Below, piece after piece: positions 60,881-64,000 of a stretch of DNA of 64,000 bases. How positions within the stretch are numbered: position 1 is the first letter of the stretch; every line of letters begins with the position of its first letter. The translations under genes and the position numbers were made by a program. The notes below the pieces were generated by a model, which did not search any database, had not been told where the DNA came from, and was given only the letters and a program-made list of their open reading frames with translations. Source of the stretch: an archaeon (GTDB lineage Archaea; Nanobdellota; Nanobdellia; Pacearchaeales; GW2011-AR1); the NCBI GenBank assembly GCA_021107855.1, contig JAIORZ010000002.1, positions 64,148 to 128,147 of the forward strand, written 5' to 3'.

Positions 60881-61210
60881 TTAAATGTTTCTATTCCCAA
60901 CAACAGATTTTACCGACGAGAGGGGAACTTCCAAAAGGTATCTCCCACGACCAGATATATTAAGTTTCCATGTTTTAACGTCGGTAACTTTCGTTGAGTG
61001 AAATTTGTCGTCGAGCCAGACCGCACGAAATGGTTTACAGAAAAAAGAATGTATTGAAAGAGTCTTATTTTTATTGAAAATAAAAAGCAAAGGCGAAGAA
61101 TTTTTTTGAAACATTAACCCCATAAATTTTTTAAAAAGAGTATCACAGACTTTCACCTTAATCATTCTCTTTTCCCCGTCGACATAATAACTAATTTTCT
61201 TTAAAGCCAT
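60881..61210 (-). CDS. DUF192 (COG1430) family protein
   Basis: The pattern CDTLFKKFMGLMFQKN...LLFIF...FFCKPFRAVWLD...RYLLEVP fits DUF192. Confidence 0.55.
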   Translation of the reverse strand: MALKKISYYVDGEKRMIKVKVCDTLFKKFMGLMFQKNSSPLLFIFNKNKTLSIHSFFCKPFRAVWLDDKFHSTKVTDVKTWKLNISGRGRYLLEVPLSSVKSVVGNRNI

Positions 61211-61581
61211 TCAATTTTATAATCTTCCTTTTTTAATTTACAATATCTTTTGTAAACCTCCTTAACAGATTTGTCATGGACTTTATTATGATGAATAAAA
61301 CCACCCCCAAAAGCTTTCGGTATGTGCATAAGCTCATGAATCAAAACCTTAGTTTGCTCTTCCCTTGAAAGTTTGTCAAATTTTTCAGATATAACCTCCA
61401 CCAAATAAAACCCCTTTTTCCTCCCCATCCCAATCTGCATAGCCTTCCCAAGAGCATGACATCTAGCGACGGTGTATCGAGCCTTAGACCCAGTACTCCT
61501 AAGAAAAGCGACGTGCTCCAAAGGGACATGAACCCAGCCCAATTTCTTAATTATCTCTTCTGCCCTTTCCTTAATGTCCAA
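61201..61581 (-). CDS. Small HExxH zinc-metallopeptidase-like protein (126 aa)
   Basis: The HELMHIP motif is present, and the size and layout match small archaeal predicted metallopeptidases. Confidence 0.5.
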   Translation of the reverse strand: MDIKERAEEIIKKLGWVHVPLEHVAFLRSTGSKARYTVARCHALGKAMQIGMGRKKGFYLVEVISEKFDKLSREEQTKVLIHELMHIPKAFGGGFIHHNKVHDKSVKEVYKRYCKLKKEDYKIEWL

Positions 61582-61598
61582 AGCCTGATGATATTTTA

Positions 61599-62015
61599 TT
61601 ACAATGATTCTACCTCAATTGTTTTTCCCATAACGATAATTACAACAAGGGCGATAAGACTTCCGACATCCACCACCATACAATATGGACAAAAGGCCTT
61701 TATGACGAAAGCCTGAAGGTAGATAAAATATAGAGAAGCCAAAGCAGATGCCGTTACCCCAAGAGCTAACGAAAGTTTCTTCTGCCGTCTTGGTTTTCGC
61801 ATATGAGATATCGTTAGGAAAATTAAAATCGCGAAAGCTACAAGCCCGAAATAACTATTACTTACACCAAGAGTTTCTTTATATTGAGAATTTTGAACAA
61901 TCGAACAGCTAGAACCTTCATCCCCACAAATTTTTTCAGTAGGAATAAAAGTTAAGATAGCCGAAGCAGCGAGACAGACAGCGAATATAACTAAAAGGAT
62001 TTTATATTTCATCAT
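61599..62015 (-). CDS. Vitamin K epoxide reductase (VKOR)-family disulfide oxidoreductase
   Basis: The protein has four hydrophobic helices, a loop Cys pair (CGDEGSSC) and a membrane CxxC (AFCPYCMV). Confidence 0.65.
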   Translation of the reverse strand: MMKYKILLVIFAVCLAASAILTFIPTEKICGDEGSSCSIVQNSQYKETLGVSNSYFGLVAFAILIFLTISHMRKPRRQKKLSLALGVTASALASLYFIYLQAFVIKAFCPYCMVVDVGSLIALVVIIVMGKTIEVESL

Positions 62016-62100
62016 CTTGTTGGGCTAACAACATATTAAAAGGTTATGGCAAAACTAGTTTCATTAAAAATTTCAAAAAATAAAAATAAAATTTTCTGCT

Positions 62101-62523
62101 TTATCTATTAAACTTAGCAAAAATCAACCCAGCAACAAGCCCATTAAAGAAACTCATCTCAGCCCAAGTCCCGACCATGGAAAGAGGAAGATTAAAACTA
62201 CTAGCATTAATAAAAAACGCAGGAATTGCAGCAACAACAAAATAAGCCCAGCCAAACTTCAACCCAGCCCAAAACGTCGCGTCCTCCTTTAGCAAATTTT
62301 TAGTTTTATCCCAAATCCAACTCAAACCAATTCCAATTGCCAAAGGATAAACCCAAAACATCATCATCAACGGGTCATCAAATGATCTAAAAATAGCAGT
62401 ATTCGCATAAATCTCAGCAAAACTCGGAAAAATCCAGCCATAAACAACATTCAACAACAGATTCACAACAATCATTACAACACCTGCCAAAACACCAATC
62501 CACAAAATCTTTTTCATATACAC
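62101..62523 (-). CDS. Four-helix membrane protein (140 aa), hypothetical
   Basis: This is a hydrophobic ORF with no recognised motif. Confidence 0.55.
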   Translation of the reverse strand: MYMKKILWIGVLAGVVMIVVNLLLNVVYGWIFPSFAEIYANTAIFRSFDDPLMMMFWVYPLAIGIGLSWIWDKTKNLLKEDATFWAGLKFGWAYFVVAAIPAFFINASSFNLPLSMVGTWAEMSFFNGLVAGLIFAKFNR

Positions 62524-62554
62524 CTCCTTACAATAAACCAGACATAGAAACTAT

Positions 62555-63049
62555 TTAATTCTTTTTAAAATTTGACAAATCACTAAAAGAATCCCAAGCA
62601 ATACCAAAAATAACAATAACCATAAATCCTATTACAGCTAAACCTAATAAATCATAAGCATTGACTACCCCGTCACTAAATTGCTTAAAATAAATAAATG
62701 CCTGAATAGTTGCTGCTAAAGCTAAAACAACCGTAGCCTTTGTAATTGCTCCATTCCTTTTTTCTTCCGCATCTAAACTTTTCATTCTTGATAAAAAATC
62801 TATCCCCTCTGGCGTTATCGTAATTTCATCCCATGAAATCAGCTTTTCTCTTCCCGTAGAAGCTATTCTTGTTTCTGGGAAGTGAACAATAATCTTATTA
62901 GTTGCCCTGAGATATTTAACAACCTTAAAAAATTCCCCATCGAGAGAAGGAAGTTTTAATCTCTTTCTTAATTTCTCTACATTATAATGCGAAGGATAAG
63001 CTTCTTCTAAAAATCCCAAAAAGGTTATCATCAATTTTGTCTTCATCAA
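62555..63049 (-). CDS. Hypothetical protein with C-terminal TM helices (164 aa)
   Basis: The ORF overlaps the thermosome stop by 4 nt. It has two C-terminal hydrophobic helices. Confidence 0.55.
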   Translation of the reverse strand: MMKTKLMITFLGFLEEAYPSHYNVEKLRKRLKLPSLDGEFFKVVKYLRATNKIIVHFPETRIASTGREKLISWDEITITPEGIDFLSRMKSLDAEEKRNGAITKATVVLALAATIQAFIYFKQFSDGVVNAYDLLGLAVIGFMVIVIFGIAWDSFSDLSNFKKN

Positions 63050-64000
63050 TCATACCCACTCATTCCCCCAACCTTCCCACCCCGCCCTTCCGACTTCCTC
63101 GCCGCAATAACATCATCAATCCTCAAAATCATAATCGCAACTTCCGTAGCACTCGCAATCGCCTGCGTCTTCACCCTCAATGGCTCAATCACCCCGTTCA
63201 CCAAATTATCCTCAATCCCACCATTAAACAAGTTCAACCCCATATCCTTATTCCCAGAATCATGCACAGCTCGAAGCTCCGTCAAAACATCAATCGGGTC
63301 CATGCCAGCGTTCTCAGCCAAAGTCGTCGGAACAAACTCCAAAGCAGACGCAAACTCCTCGACAGCCAACCTCTCACGCCCAGTCAAACCCTTAGCAAAC
63401 TCACGCAATCTCCGAGACAACTCAATCTCAACCGCCCCACCCCCAGCCACAATCTTCGAATCCTTCAAAGCAGCCGCAACATCTCCCAAAGCATCCTCAA
63501 CAGCCCGCTCAACCTCATCAACAACATGCTCAGTCCCACCTCTAATCAAAATCGTAATCGCCTTCGGATTCGAACAACCCATAACATAAGTCATCCCATC
63601 CTCACCGTCCTTCCGCTCCTCAACCAAATCAGCATTTCCCAAATCCTCCCTAGAAATCTCACTCAACTTAGAAACAATCCGCCCACCAGTCGCCTTCGCC
63701 AAATTCTGCATATCACTCCGAGGCACCCGACGAACCGCATAAATTCCCTCACGAGCCAAATGATGCTGCACCAACTCATCCACTCCCTTCTGAACAAAAA
63801 CAACATTCGCACCACTCCCCTTAATCAACTCAACCTTCTCTCTCAAAACAGAATCCTCCTGTCCCAAAAAACTCGTCAACTGCTCAGGCGTCGAAACCGA
63901 AATTCGCGCATCCATCTCCGGCGACCGAACCTCCAAGGCCTCCTCAATCAAAGCAACCCGAGCCCCCTCAACCTTCGCAGGCATATCCAGATTAATCCTT
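63046..64000 (-). CDS. ths: Thermosome / group II chaperonin subunit (C-terminal part; 5' end beyond window)
   Basis: Motifs VAGGGAVEIELSRRLREFA and IEPLRVKTQAIASATEVAIMILRIDDVIA are present, with a GGMSGYD tail. The frame stays open to position 64000 (upstream codons ...RINLD before the track Met). Confidence 0.9.
   Translation of the reverse strand, partial: RINLDMPAKVEGARVALIEEALEVRSPEMDARISVSTPEQLTSFLGQEDSVLREKVELIKGSGANVVFVQKGVDELVQHHLAREGIYAVRRVPRSDMQNLAKATGGRIVSKLSEISREDLGNADLVEERKDGEDGMTYVMGCSNPKAITILIRGGTEHVVDEVERAVEDALGDVAAALKDSKIVAGGGAVEIELSRRLREFAKGLTGRERLAVEEFASALEFVPTTLAENAGMDPIDVLTELRAVHDSGNKDMGLNLFNGGIEDNLVNGVIEPLRVKTQAIASATEVAIMILRIDDVIAARKSEGRGGKVGGMSGYD

Noticed and set aside
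63559-63575. A ggattcgaac string resembling a tRNA T-arm.
   Set aside because: It lies inside the thermosome reading frame and has no flanking acceptor, D or anticodon arm complementarity. I found no tRNA-like G-rich structured segment in any intergenic gap.
1-64000. The strand asymmetry, considered as a sequencing or chemical artefact such as bisulfite-like conversion of one strand.
   Set aside because: Conserved proteins on both strands (PCNA, RuBisCO, LysRS, GlyRS, primase, thermosome) retain intact catalytic motifs, including residues that need the depleted bases. Unskewed islands sit seamlessly inside the same contig. Only read-level data can fully exclude an artefact.

Overview
This is a gene-dense 64-kb fragment (roughly 90% coding) that reads as chromosome from a small-genome, DPANN-like archaeon. 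That assignment is inferred from PCNA, a fused PriS/PriL-like primase, a group II chaperonin, archaeal-type GlyRS, TrmY, form III-like RuBisCO, BRE/TATA boxes ending about 22-30 nt upstream of start codons, and an archaeosortase with PEF-CTERM-type substrates. I call about 68 CDS, about three quarters on the - strand. I recognised no rRNA, tRNA or CRISPR array. All calls rest on reading motifs in the supplied translations and on hand translation; no database search was possible.

Main content:
- (a) 1..8.1 kb: a co-directional string with a small wHTH gene, a secreted protein and a tandemly duplicated pair (giant Cys-rich surface protein plus pilin-like protein).
- (b) 8.1..12.1 kb: a divergent PCNA / primase block whose two outer flanks carry orphan copies of the genes' own 3' ends.
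- (c) 12..24 kb: secreted or anchored surface proteins, including a 1971-aa multi-Ig adhesin-like giant.
- (d) 25.4..35.4 kb: an AT-rich glycan-biosynthesis island with different composition.
- (e) 35.4..41.3 kb: flippase, NYN, archaeosortase, PEF-CTERM proteins and a CPBP-like protein.
- (f) 41.5..53 kb: more surface proteins interleaved with housekeeping genes (GlyRS, LysRS, acylphosphatase, HD hydrolase, PD-(D/E)xK nuclease).
- (g) 54.0..55.8 kb: a small compositional island with a RelA/SpoT-like nucleotidyltransferase next to RuBisCO.
- (h) 57..63 kb: GGDEF cyclase, iscS-DUF1858-iscU, VKOR and small proteins.
- (i) A partial thermosome gene at the right edge.

The most striking global property is an extreme strand asymmetry that does not depend on gene orientation. 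The + strand is C>>G and A>T over most of the window, and the asymmetry is interrupted by unskewed islands. It creates many long spurious antisense ORFs in the supplied track, which I rejected.
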